From positions 23,722 through 87,721 of the forward strand of contig JABZYV010000001.1 in the NCBI GenBank assembly GCA_015264955.1: 64,000 bases of DNA, written 5' to 3'. The DNA comes from Streptococcus sp. (GTDB taxonomy: Bacteria; Bacillota; Bacilli; Lactobacillales; Aerococcaceae). Every line of letters starts with the position of its first letter. Positions within the stretch are counted from its first letter, which is position 1. The notes under the pieces are model-generated. The model saw only the letters and a list, made by a program, of their open reading frames with translations. It made no database searches and had not been told where the DNA came from. The translations under genes and the position numbers were made by a program. Shown here in pieces: positions 32,888 through 42,600 of the stretch.

Positions 32888-35521
32888 GTGAGTGAAGAAA
32901 AAAACAACAACCAAGTACAACAAGAAATCAACCGTCTCGTGGAGAATGGGTTGAAAGCCTTAGATGAATTCCGCTTGTTAAATCAAGAACAAGTTGACTA
33001 CATTGTGGCAAAAGCATCAGTTGCTGCGTTAGACCAACACGGTGTATTAGCACAACATGCAATCGAAGAAACAGGACGTGGGGTTTTCGAAGACAAAGCT
33101 ACGAAAAACTTATTTGCCTGCGAACACGTGGTGCACAACATGCGTCACACTAAAACAGTTGGCGTTATTTCAGACGATGAAGTAACTGGATTAACATTAA
33201 TCGCAGAACCAGTAGGGGTTATCTGTGGTATCACACCTACAACAAACCCAACTTCAACTGCAATTTTCAAATCTTTAATCGCATTAAAAACACGTAATCC
33301 AATCGTGTTTGCGTTCCATCCATCAGCTCAACAAAGTTCTGCACATGCAGCTCAAATCGTTCGTGATGCAGCAATTGCAGCTGGAGCTCCTGAAAACTGT
33401 ATCCAATGGATTGAACACCCATCAATTGAAGCGACAAACGCTTTAATGAACCACGAAGGCATTGCTACAATTTTAGCAACAGGTGGTAACGCGATGGTTA
33501 AAGCTGCTTACTCTTGCGGTAAACCAGCTCTTGGGGTTGGTGCAGGTAACGTACCAGCTTATGTTGAAAAATCTGCTAACATTCGTCAAGCAGCTCACGA
33601 TATCGTAATGAGTAAATCATTCGATAATGGTATGGTGTGTGCTTCTGAACAAGCAGCAATCATTGATAAAGAAATTTACAATGACTTTGTTGAAGAATTA
33701 AAGAGCTACCACACTTACTTCGTAAACAAAAATGAAAACGCATTATTAGAAGAATTCTGCTTCGGCGTAAAAGCAAACAGCAAAAACTGTGCTGGTGCTA
33801 AATTAAATGCGAACATCGTTGGTAAACCAGCTGCATGGATTGCTGAACAAGCTGGATTCTCAGTTCCAGAAGGAACAAACATTCTTGCTGCAGAATGTAA
33901 AGAAGTTGGTGAAAAAGAACCGTTAACTCGCGAAAAACTTTCTCCAGTAATTGCAGTACTTAAATCAGAATCTCGCGAAGACGGTATTGAAAAAGCACGT
34001 CAAATGGTTGAATTCCATGGTTTAGGACACTCAGCAGCGATTCATACAGAAGATGCTGAATTAGCGAAAGAATTTGGACGTGTTGTACGTGCAATTCGTG
34101 TCATTTGGAATGCTCCTTCTACTTTCGGTGGTATCGGGGACGTTTATAACGCATTTATCCCATCATTAACATTAGGTTGCGGTTCTTACGGACGTAACTC
34201 AGTTGGGGATAACGTAAGTGTTATAAATCTATTAAATATCAAAAAAGTAGGGAGACGTAGAAATAACATGCAATGGTTTAAAGTTCCATCAAAAATCTAT
34301 TTCGAACGCGATTCAATTCAATACTTACAAAAAATGAAAAATGTAAGCCGTGTAATGATCGTAACTGACCAAGCAATGGTTAAATTAGGATTCTTACAAC
34401 GTGTTATTGAACAATTAGAATTACGTCCAAATAAAGTAATTTATGAAGTATTCTCAGACGTAGAACCAGATCCAGACATCACAACAGTAAACCGTGGTGC
34501 TGAAATCATGAAGAGCTTCGAGCCAGATACAATCGTTGCACTTGGTGGTGGATCTGTAATGGATGCTGCGAAAGTGATGTGGATGTTCTACGAACAACCA
34601 CAAGTGGACTTCCGTGACTTAGTTCAAAAATTCATGGATATCCGTAAACGTGCATTCAAATTCCCAGAATTAGGGGAACGTGCTAAATACGTTGGTATCC
34701 CAACAACTTCTGGTACAGGTTCTGAAGTAACACCATTCGCGGTAATTTCAGATAAAGCTAATAACCGTAAATATCCGTTAGCTGACTACTCACTAACACC
34801 AACAATTGCGATTGTTGACCCTGCATTAGTTATGACAGTTCCAGACTTTGTAACTGCTGATACTGGTATGGACGTATTAACTCACGCAATCGAAGCGTAC
34901 ACTTCAACACTTGCAAACGACTATACAGATGGTTTAGCATTGCAAGCAATCAAATTAGTATTTGAAAACTTAGTAAGCAGTGTGAAAAATGCTGATTTCG
35001 TTTCACGCGAAAAAATGCATAACGCTTCTACAATGGCTGGTATGGCATTTGCCAATGCGTTCCTTGGTATGAGCCACTCAATGGCGCATAAGATTGGTGG
35101 ATTCTTCCACACAGTTCACGGACGTACAAATGCGATCCTATTACCATACGTAATCCGTTACAATGGTACTCGTCCTGCAAAAGCAGCTACATGGCCAAAA
35201 TACAACTACTACCGTGCAGATGAAAAATTCCAAGACATCGCTCGTATGTTAGGATTACCATCTTCAACTCCTGAAGAAGCAGTGGACGCTCTAGCTAAAG
35301 CTGTTTACGAATTAGGGGAAGCTGTAGGAATTGAAATGAACTTCAAAGCACAAGGCGTTAACCACAAAGAATGGTTAGCTACAATCCACGAGATTGCAAT
35401 GCTTGCTTATGAAGATCAATGTTCACCTGCGAACCCTCGTTTACCAATGGTAGCTGATATGGAAGAAATTCTTGCTGACGCATACTTTGGATATAAAGAA
35501 CGCCCAGGTCGTATCAAATAA
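32888..35521 (+). CDS. adhE: Bifunctional aldehyde-alcohol dehydrogenase AdhE
   Basis: 877 aa with an N-terminal ALDH domain (catalytic Cys in GMVCASEQA), a linker, and a C-terminal Fe-ADH domain with His ligands. GTG start after GGGGGAAAT. Confidence 0.9.
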   Translation: MSEEKNNNQVQQEINRLVENGLKALDEFRLLNQEQVDYIVAKASVAALDQHGVLAQHAIEETGRGVFEDKATKNLFACEHVVHNMRHTKTVGVISDDEVTGLTLIAEPVGVICGITPTTNPTSTAIFKSLIALKTRNPIVFAFHPSAQQSSAHAAQIVRDAAIAAGAPENCIQWIEHPSIEATNALMNHEGIATILATGGNAMVKAAYSCGKPALGVGAGNVPAYVEKSANIRQAAHDIVMSKSFDNGMVCASEQAAIIDKEIYNDFVEELKSYHTYFVNKNENALLEEFCFGVKANSKNCAGAKLNANIVGKPAAWIAEQAGFSVPEGTNILAAECKEVGEKEPLTREKLSPVIAVLKSESREDGIEKARQMVEFHGLGHSAAIHTEDAELAKEFGRVVRAIRVIWNAPSTFGGIGDVYNAFIPSLTLGCGSYGRNSVGDNVSVINLLNIKKVGRRRNNMQWFKVPSKIYFERDSIQYLQKMKNVSRVMIVTDQAMVKLGFLQRVIEQLELRPNKVIYEVFSDVEPDPDITTVNRGAEIMKSFEPDTIVALGGGSVMDAAKVMWMFYEQPQVDFRDLVQKFMDIRKRAFKFPELGERAKYVGIPTTSGTGSEVTPFAVISDKANNRKYPLADYSLTPTIAIVDPALVMTVPDFVTADTGMDVLTHAIEAYTSTLANDYTDGLALQAIKLVFENLVSSVKNADFVSREKMHNASTMAGMAFANAFLGMSHSMAHKIGGFFHTVHGRTNAILLPYVIRYNGTRPAKAATWPKYNYYRADEKFQDIARMLGLPSSTPEEAVDALAKAVYELGEAVGIEMNFKAQGVNHKEWLATIHEIAMLAYEDQCSPANPRLPMVADMEEILADAYFGYKERPGRIK

Positions 35522-35535
35522 TTGATTTAAAACCT

Positions 35536-35570
35536 AAAGAGTCTTAGAAGTTTCCTAAGGCTCTTTCTTT
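35536..35570 (+). terminator. Terminator-like hairpin after adhE (weak U-tract)
   Basis: AAAGAGTCTTAG ... CTAAGGCTCTTT hairpin followed by an interrupted T-run. Confidence 0.45.
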
Positions 35571-35628
35571 GCTCTGTTTTTCGTCTAGGAAATATGCTAT
35601 ACTGTTAGGGAAAGAAGGGAGATGGCTT

Positions 35629-36033
35629 ATGACACCAAATAAGGAAGATTACATTAAAACAATCTATAAATTAGGCGGTAAAGATGAATTCGTTACGAAT
35701 AAAGCCATCAATCAAATGCTGGACCTTTCAGCAGCTTCCACAACAGAAATGTTGAACAAGCTTGTCCATGATGGTACTGTGGAATACATTCGTTATAAAG
35801 GTGCAAAATTAACAGGGAAGGGAATTAAAGTTGCTGAACGTTTGATTCGTTCTCATAAAATCTGGGAAGTCTTCCTAGTAAATTCTCTAGGATTTAGTGG
35901 AGACTCTGTTCATGATCAAGCAGAGATTCTTGAACATGCCTCAACCGTTGAAATGACAGAACGATTAGCGGAATTCTTAGGAAATCCAACGCATTGTCCT
36001 CATGGAGAAGAAATACCACCATTTTCAGAATAA
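35629..36033 (+). CDS. mntR: Manganese-dependent transcriptional regulator MntR (DtxR family)
   Basis: 134 aa. MTPNKEDYIKTIYKL... matches the MntR N-terminus, with a DtxR-type HTH and metal-site residues. ATG 35629 follows GGGAG. Confidence 0.8.
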   Translation: MTPNKEDYIKTIYKLGGKDEFVTNKAINQMLDLSAASTTEMLNKLVHDGTVEYIRYKGAKLTGKGIKVAERLIRSHKIWEVFLVNSLGFSGDSVHDQAEILEHASTVEMTERLAEFLGNPTHCPHGEEIPPFSE

Positions 36034-36044
36034 AATAGCGATAG

Positions 36045-36075
36045 AACTGGTCTTTTTTGACCAGTTTTTTTATTT
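36045..36075 (+). terminator. rho-independent terminator after mntR
   Basis: AACTGGTC ... GACCAGTT perfect hairpin plus T7. Confidence 0.75.
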
Positions 36076-36162
36076 TGGCTCTAGTATTTATCGCAAAATT
36101 TTAGTACAATAATAGTACAGTTTAAGCAAGGTGTTTCATTTTTTTAATACAGAGGGGATATT

Positions 36163-37479
36163 ATGACATCAAAGCATCAACAAATCATTCGCTATATTGA
36201 ATCACTCCCAGTTGGAGAAAAGATCTCAGTTCGTTCGATTGCAAAGAATATGGAAATGAGCGAAGGTACAGCCTATCGTGCAATCAAGGAAGCTGAGAAT
36301 ATTGGGATTGTTTCAACCATTGAACGTGTTGGAACGATTCGTATTGAACGTAAGACAAAAGATAATCTAGAAAAACTATCTTTTGGAGAAATTATTAAGA
36401 TTATTGAAGGGGAAGTATTCGGTGGGCACGAAGGGTTAGATAAAATCTTAAACCGATTCGTTATCGGTGCGATGACACTAGATGCGATGACGCGCTATAT
36501 TCAGCCTGAATCACTTGTGATTATCGGGAACCGTGAAGATGCTCAATTACTTGCCTTAAACCAAGGGGCTGCTGTTTTAATTACTGGGGGCTTCCAAGCA
36601 ACACCTCAATTAATTCAAAAAGCGGATGAGCTTAAAATTCCGCTCATGGGAACAACTTACGATACATTTACGGTCGCCAGCCTCATCAACCGTGCGATGA
36701 CCGATCAATTGATTAAAAAGAAAATTATGATTGTTGCCGATATTTATAATGATATCGATAACACGCATTATTTAAAAATGGATCAAACCGTTAGAGAGTA
36801 TCGCGAGTTGAGTGAAAAGACTGGAAATTCGCGTTTCCCAGTTGTAAACCATTCGAACAGATTAGTAGGGGTTGTTTCTGCTAAAGATATTTTGGGAAAA
36901 GCAGATACTCTAACAATGGAACGTGTAATGACGAAGAATCCATCTGTGTCAAAATTACACGCTTCGGTAGCGAGCGTGGCGCATTCAATGATTTGGAATG
37001 GGTTGGAAATGTTACCTGTTGTTCAAGACAATATGGAATTAATAGGAATCATTTCAAGACGAGATGTTATGAAGGCGATGCAACTGACACAACGTCAACC
37101 GCAAGTCGGGAATACATTTGAAGATGATGTGAGTGAAAACTTAGAAATCGTTGAAGTGAATCCAACAGGCGCTAACTTTAGCTTTACAGTAACACCACAA
37201 ATGACGAACAACCTTGGGATGCTTTCTTTTGGTGTATTATGTGAAGTGGTTTCGGTTGCTTCAAAAGAATTTATTCATAGAAGTCAACGTCGTAACACCG
37301 TGATTGAACAATTAGAAATGCATTACTTGAAGATGATTCCAATCGAAAGTCATATTGTGATTCAAATTCAAATGCTCGATAATGGTCGTAAAGTATCGAA
37401 ATTAGATATTTCAGTATTATTAGAAAACTCAATTGTTGCTAAAGCAATTATGTCAAATCAATTAATGGAAAGAAACTAA
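36163..37479 (+). CDS. ytoI: YtoI-like regulator: N-terminal winged-HTH, DRTGG domain, CBS pair, C-terminal extension
   Basis: HTH (SIAKNMEMSEGTAYRAIK), DRTGG-like central region, two CBS motifs. Lies directly upstream of nrnA as in B. subtilis ytoI-nrnA. Confidence 0.65.
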   Translation: MTSKHQQIIRYIESLPVGEKISVRSIAKNMEMSEGTAYRAIKEAENIGIVSTIERVGTIRIERKTKDNLEKLSFGEIIKIIEGEVFGGHEGLDKILNRFVIGAMTLDAMTRYIQPESLVIIGNREDAQLLALNQGAAVLITGGFQATPQLIQKADELKIPLMGTTYDTFTVASLINRAMTDQLIKKKIMIVADIYNDIDNTHYLKMDQTVREYRELSEKTGNSRFPVVNHSNRLVGVVSAKDILGKADTLTMERVMTKNPSVSKLHASVASVAHSMIWNGLEMLPVVQDNMELIGIISRRDVMKAMQLTQRQPQVGNTFEDDVSENLEIVEVNPTGANFSFTVTPQMTNNLGMLSFGVLCEVVSVASKEFIHRSQRRNTVIEQLEMHYLKMIPIESHIVIQIQMLDNGRKVSKLDISVLLENSIVAKAIMSNQLMERN

Positions 37480-37481
37480 GA

Positions 37482-38444
37482 ATGAATTACAAAAAATTAT
37501 TAAAAGGAATTATCACAGAGATTGAAAAAGCCGATTCAATCGTGATTTTAAGACATAGAAAACCAGACCCAGATGCTTTAGGGTCACAAATAGGTCTAAG
37601 TGGACTCATTAAGTCAACCTATCCAGAAAAATCTGTTTACGTTATTGGAGATATGCCAGAAAACTTGAAGTATATCGGCGACATGGATGAAATCACTCAA
37701 GAGGTGTTCGATAACTCGCTTGTTATTGTTGTCGATTGTTCTACACCGAGACTTATCAATTGTCCATTTGAAGTGAATGTCGATGAAGTAATTAAGATAG
37801 ATCACCATCCAAATGTGACACCTTATGGAAAGATTTGTTATGTGGATACAACTGCGGCCAGTGCCAGTGAAATCATGGCTGAGTTTGCTTTTGATGATAT
37901 GACTCCATTTCAAATGAATAAGTTAGCAGCTAACGTGATTTACGCAGGAATCATCGGGGATACCGGTCGATTCTTATATCCGTCAACTACTTCAAAAACT
38001 TTTGCACTTGTATCAAAATTGATACAACACGATGTAGATTTGGCTGGGATTGCCGATAAAATGATTACAAAACCGCTGAATGTGAATCGAATGACAGGGT
38101 ATATTTACGAGAATCTAAATGTGTCTCCTGAAGGCATGGCGAGTGTAGTTTTAACAAAAGAAGTGCTTGAACGGTTCCAAGCTACTGACCAATTAGCTTC
38201 ACTTGTAGTTTCAGTTCCTGGAACGGTTGAAGGGATTCTGGCATGGAGTATGTATGTGGAACAAGAGGATGGCACCTTTAGAGTTCATTTGCGTTCAAAA
38301 GGGCCAACCGTGAATCATATTGCGCAAGCTTTCGGCGGTGGAGGACATACGCTAGCGTGTGGCATTCCTTCTGTTACGAAGAGTCAAATATTAGAAGTGG
38401 ATGCTGAGTTAAAAGAGGCAGTGAAAGCCTTTAAGAAAAATTGA
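37482..38444 (+). CDS. nrnA: DHH/DHHA1 phosphoesterase, NrnA-like (nanoRNase / pAp phosphatase)
   Basis: DHH motif (VKIDHHPN), DHHA1 GGGGH, 320 aa. Start is 3 nt after the ytoI stop. Confidence 0.8.
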   Translation: MNYKKLLKGIITEIEKADSIVILRHRKPDPDALGSQIGLSGLIKSTYPEKSVYVIGDMPENLKYIGDMDEITQEVFDNSLVIVVDCSTPRLINCPFEVNVDEVIKIDHHPNVTPYGKICYVDTTAASASEIMAEFAFDDMTPFQMNKLAANVIYAGIIGDTGRFLYPSTTSKTFALVSKLIQHDVDLAGIADKMITKPLNVNRMTGYIYENLNVSPEGMASVVLTKEVLERFQATDQLASLVVSVPGTVEGILAWSMYVEQEDGTFRVHLRSKGPTVNHIAQAFGGGGHTLACGIPSVTKSQILEVDAELKEAVKAFKKN

Positions 38445-38529
38445 AATTACGCCCAAATAAGAGTATTATAAGATGTTGTATTTACAATAAAAATCAGTCC
38501 AATCATTGGATGAAAGGAAATATTAAATA

Positions 38530-39492
38530 ATGAATTATACAGAGTTTTTTAAAAAGATTGATGCAGAAATTAAAAAAGCAGATTCGATTGTTATCTTGCG
38601 TCATGAATCACCAGACCCAGATGCAATTGGATCTCAAGTAGGGTTAAGAGAAATTATCCGTGCTACTTATCCTGAAAAAACAGTGTATTTACTTGGTGAA
38701 ATGCCTAGCTCATTAACGTATATTGGAGAAATGGATGAAATTACACAGGAACAATTTGATGCTGCACTGATTATTGTTTTAGACTGTGCAAATACACCAC
38801 GTATTGACTGCCCATTTGAAGTAGATTCATCGAAAGTAATTAAAATCGACCACCATCCAGATAGAGATGTTTATGGTGCGATTTCATTTGTAGATACGAA
38901 TTCAAGTAGTACAAGCGAAATTTTATGTCGTTTTGCATTTGGTGAAGAAAGTACTTGGAACGTCTCAAAAGAAGCAGCAAATGCATTATATGCAGGTATT
39001 GTAGGAGATACAGGGCGCTTCCTATATCCAGCAACGACAGCTGTAACATTTGCAATGGTATCTAAATTATTAGAATTCGATGTAGATATTTCAGGCATTG
39101 CTTATCATATGATTACAAACCCCGTTTCGGTTAGCCGTTTAGCAGGTTATATTTACCAAAACATGGAAATTTCTGAGAATGGCGTTGCAGCTACTATTTT
39201 AACGCAAAAGGATTTAGAGCACTTTGGAATTGAAGAAGATCAAACACATGGTGTTATTTCACTTCCAAGTACGGTTGAAGGCATTCATTGCTGGGCGTTA
39301 TTTGTTGAGCAACCAGATGGAAGCTATCGTGTAAATCTTCGTTCTAAAGGCCCAATCGTGAATGTGATTGCTCAAAACCATGGTGGTGGAGGACATCCAT
39401 TAGCATCGGGTGCGATTGTTCAAACTCTTGAAGAAGTAAACGAAATCGTAGAAGAATTGAATGCATCTTCAAAAGAATATTTAAGTAAATAA
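38530..39492 (+). CDS. Second DHH/DHHA1 phosphoesterase, tandem paralog of NrnA (about 50% aa identity)
   Basis: Same length and motifs (IKIDHHPD, GGGGH) but a divergent sequence. Confidence 0.75.
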   Translation: MNYTEFFKKIDAEIKKADSIVILRHESPDPDAIGSQVGLREIIRATYPEKTVYLLGEMPSSLTYIGEMDEITQEQFDAALIIVLDCANTPRIDCPFEVDSSKVIKIDHHPDRDVYGAISFVDTNSSSTSEILCRFAFGEESTWNVSKEAANALYAGIVGDTGRFLYPATTAVTFAMVSKLLEFDVDISGIAYHMITNPVSVSRLAGYIYQNMEISENGVAATILTQKDLEHFGIEEDQTHGVISLPSTVEGIHCWALFVEQPDGSYRVNLRSKGPIVNVIAQNHGGGGHPLASGAIVQTLEEVNEIVEELNASSKEYLSK

Positions 39493-39500
39493 TAGGGAAA

Positions 39501-39527
39501 GAGTCGGTTTATCCGGCTCTTTTTTCT
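39501..39527 (+). terminator. rho-independent terminator after the second DHH gene
   Basis: GAGTCGG ... CCGGCTC hairpin plus T6. Confidence 0.6.
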
Positions 39528-39671
39528 TAAATTGGGTTTTCAAATGTGAAAAAAAATTCTTTTTAAAGGAAGAAAATTGGTCTTGGTTCTTTCTTGGTTA
39601 ACTCACATTAATACAGTATAATATATATGAATTTTTATTGAAAAATATTTTTATAAAAGAAGGAGAGCGGA

Positions 39672-42600
39672 ATGAAGAGATTTATTCATAAATTATCAAC
39701 TACATTATTAATATTCACATTATTAACGAATCAAGTAGCGCCAACTTTTGCTTATGCGCAGGAGGTTAGTGAACCTACAACAGTAGAGACAAGTAATACA
39801 GAAACTACTGAAACACCAGGAATTGAAACTACGGTGAGCACAGAAAATACTACTTCTGAAGCAAACGAAGCCACAGCTACAGGTGTTTTAGGGATAAATG
39901 CACAAATCGGTCAAGTAAAAGTAACTGCTACAAACTCAACAGGTAGTGACGCGCAATATACAACAAAGAATCGTCAAGGAGATGTTCAATTAGATGGTTC
40001 AAAAGTAGCTAATCCTATCATTGGAGGATATATCGAGTTTACTTATCCAACAGAGTATATTGAGAGTTTTACAGTTGCGACTGGTGGACCAGTGAAGAGC
40101 GTAGATAATTCGACACCAGGTCTATTAAAAGTATACTTGTCAGACATTACGCAAACAACCACAGCAAGTTTTCCTTTTACATTTGAATTTAAGGATCGTG
40201 TAACTCCGGAAGGGTATACGTTCTCTCCGAAAATCGTGTTAAAAGATAGTACTGGAAACACATTAAAGGAAGTAACAGATACATTAACTTATAAAGTAAA
40301 AGTCGATAAACAGTCATTGTTTAAATATAACGGGACAAATACTACACAAGCGTATACTATTGATAACCGTGATATTTATGGTGGTAAGGCAACGGGGGAA
40401 GCAATATCAAAAGCCGCAGATGTTACTTTCCAATTCAGTTTATCAACGAATACTGCAGGTGGTGGACAAACTCAAAACTGGGGGAATGGTAAAGCACAAA
40501 CTCGTGCAGCGAAATCAATCACCATTACAGATACACTGCCAACGTATCAAAAAGCAGATGGAACTACTGGAACAGCTGTCTTTGATCCTGCTAAAAATCC
40601 AGGATGGACATTAAATGCTGATGGAACAGTTAGTAAAACCATTACTGGTAGTGACACTCTAAATGACACAAATAGTGAAGCGGAACTTGCTTTACGCGAG
40701 GAGAGACTTGTTTTAAGTTTCCCAGATGCAAAAACAAAAACGAACATTGTTAATAACGCAAAAACAGAATTGACGTTTATCCAACAAGGAGAATCAGAAC
40801 CAAAATTAACAGTTAGCGATGATATTCAATTTAAACTCATTGGACAATTGATTAGTGATTCTTCTTTCCGTAAGTCTAATAACGATAAACAAACTTTAAA
40901 CGTTGATGCTGGTGCTCCAGATACATCTGTAGCGACATGGATTCTTGGGTTTACGAATACTTCTCCAAGTACAATTTCTGAATTAACATTAGTTGATGAA
41001 GACTTAGATGAAAGAATGTATTTCTACTCAGTCGGTTCTCCTGTTTCCAATGCACCATTTGATATGGATGTATATGGTGTAAAAGCAGATGGTACTGAAG
41101 TGAAATTAGGAAGTATTGCTAAAGGTAGTAAACAAATTGTGATTGTAGACGAAGATGCCTATAATAAAGTCACAAATCAAGCAAAACAAATTTATGCAGG
41201 AACTTTAAAGAAAGACGCCTATCAAAAAGTAAATCGTACTTATGACAGTATAAAAATCAAGCTTCAAGATGGGAAAGTTCTTCAAGCAGGAGAAATTACA
41301 TCTACTTTTATTCAAACTAAATTGTTAAATCCATTTGATGAAACTGAGCGTAAAGATCCTGTTAGATACAATAATAGTATGCATGCTGAAGGTTTAGTGG
41401 ATGGCTATGGAGAAGACGGAAAGTTCTCTACAAACAAGAGTACTTCCTATGAAGATGTAAGAGTGAAGGAAGAAGAAATTCGTATTTCGAAGATGACTCG
41501 TTCAAATCCTACAGGTAATTTAGGAGAAGTTGTTGAATATAGTGTTACTGCTGATTTTAGTAACTTATCAGTCAACCGTCGTGTAAATGGAGCTCAAGTG
41601 ATTGATGTCTTACCTGAGGGAATCACTTATGAAGGGTACTATATTGATAAAAAAGAGCATAGAAACATGGTAAAGGGTGAACCAAGAGTCGTTGAAAATT
41701 ACAATGGCAGCGGTCGCCAAGCAGTAATTTTTGAGTTAAAAGATCTTGATTTCTACAATGACAAAACGATTGGTCGTGACTTTACAGCAATTGTTTCAGC
41801 AACAATTACGAAAGAGGCAATGCCAACAGCCGTTCAGAAAGCTGATGATTATAAGAAAAATACAGATAACCATGTATTTCTAGTTGCAAAAGAGTTTTCT
41901 CCTTTAGCAAGTAATGTAACGTCACAAACAATGTTAGACAATGTGTTTAAGATTGAGACGCCAGATGGAAAAGTTCCAGATAGAATCGTAGCCGCAAAAT
42001 CTTCTACGATTGTAAACTTACCGACTGAAATTCGTTCTGAGAAATTTATTTCGAAAAGTGATGGAAGTTGGACTCAAGAATTAGTTCAACACAACTATGG
42101 TCAAGAGTATAAATATCAACTACAAACGAAGAACTATAGTACGTACGATATCGAAACATTTACGTTGTATGATCGCCTGCCTTATGTAGGGGATAAAAAT
42201 GGTTCAGGCTTCACACCTGTTCTAACTAAAGCGTTGGACGTTGAAAGTAAATATACTGTTTATTATCATACTTCAACGACATTACCTGCAACTCCATATG
42301 ATGCAACGCAGTCGAGTGGCTGGGTAACAGCTGATCAAGTTGCTGATTTTACAAAAGTAACAGCCATCAAGATTGTATTGAATAAGGGTGAAAAGATTGT
42401 CCCAGGAGAAGTAGTGAACTTCCAAGTGGATATGAAAACTCCGGAATATACTGATGGCGCAACAGATACATTAACAGCAACGAACGTATTCTATACTAAC
42501 CGTGATGCTGAAAATCCAAAAGTATTCGGTGAAACAAATGCTGTTTCGAACCAATTACCACAATACATTCCAGTTGCTAAGATTTGGAGTGGGGAAAAAG

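Noticed and set aside
37482-39492. Possibility that the two DHH/DHHA1 genes are an assembly-level tandem duplication artefact
   Set aside because: The copies are only about 50% identical at the protein level and differ throughout at the nucleotide level, with distinct flanks. This is a genuine ancient duplication, not a collapsed or expanded repeat.
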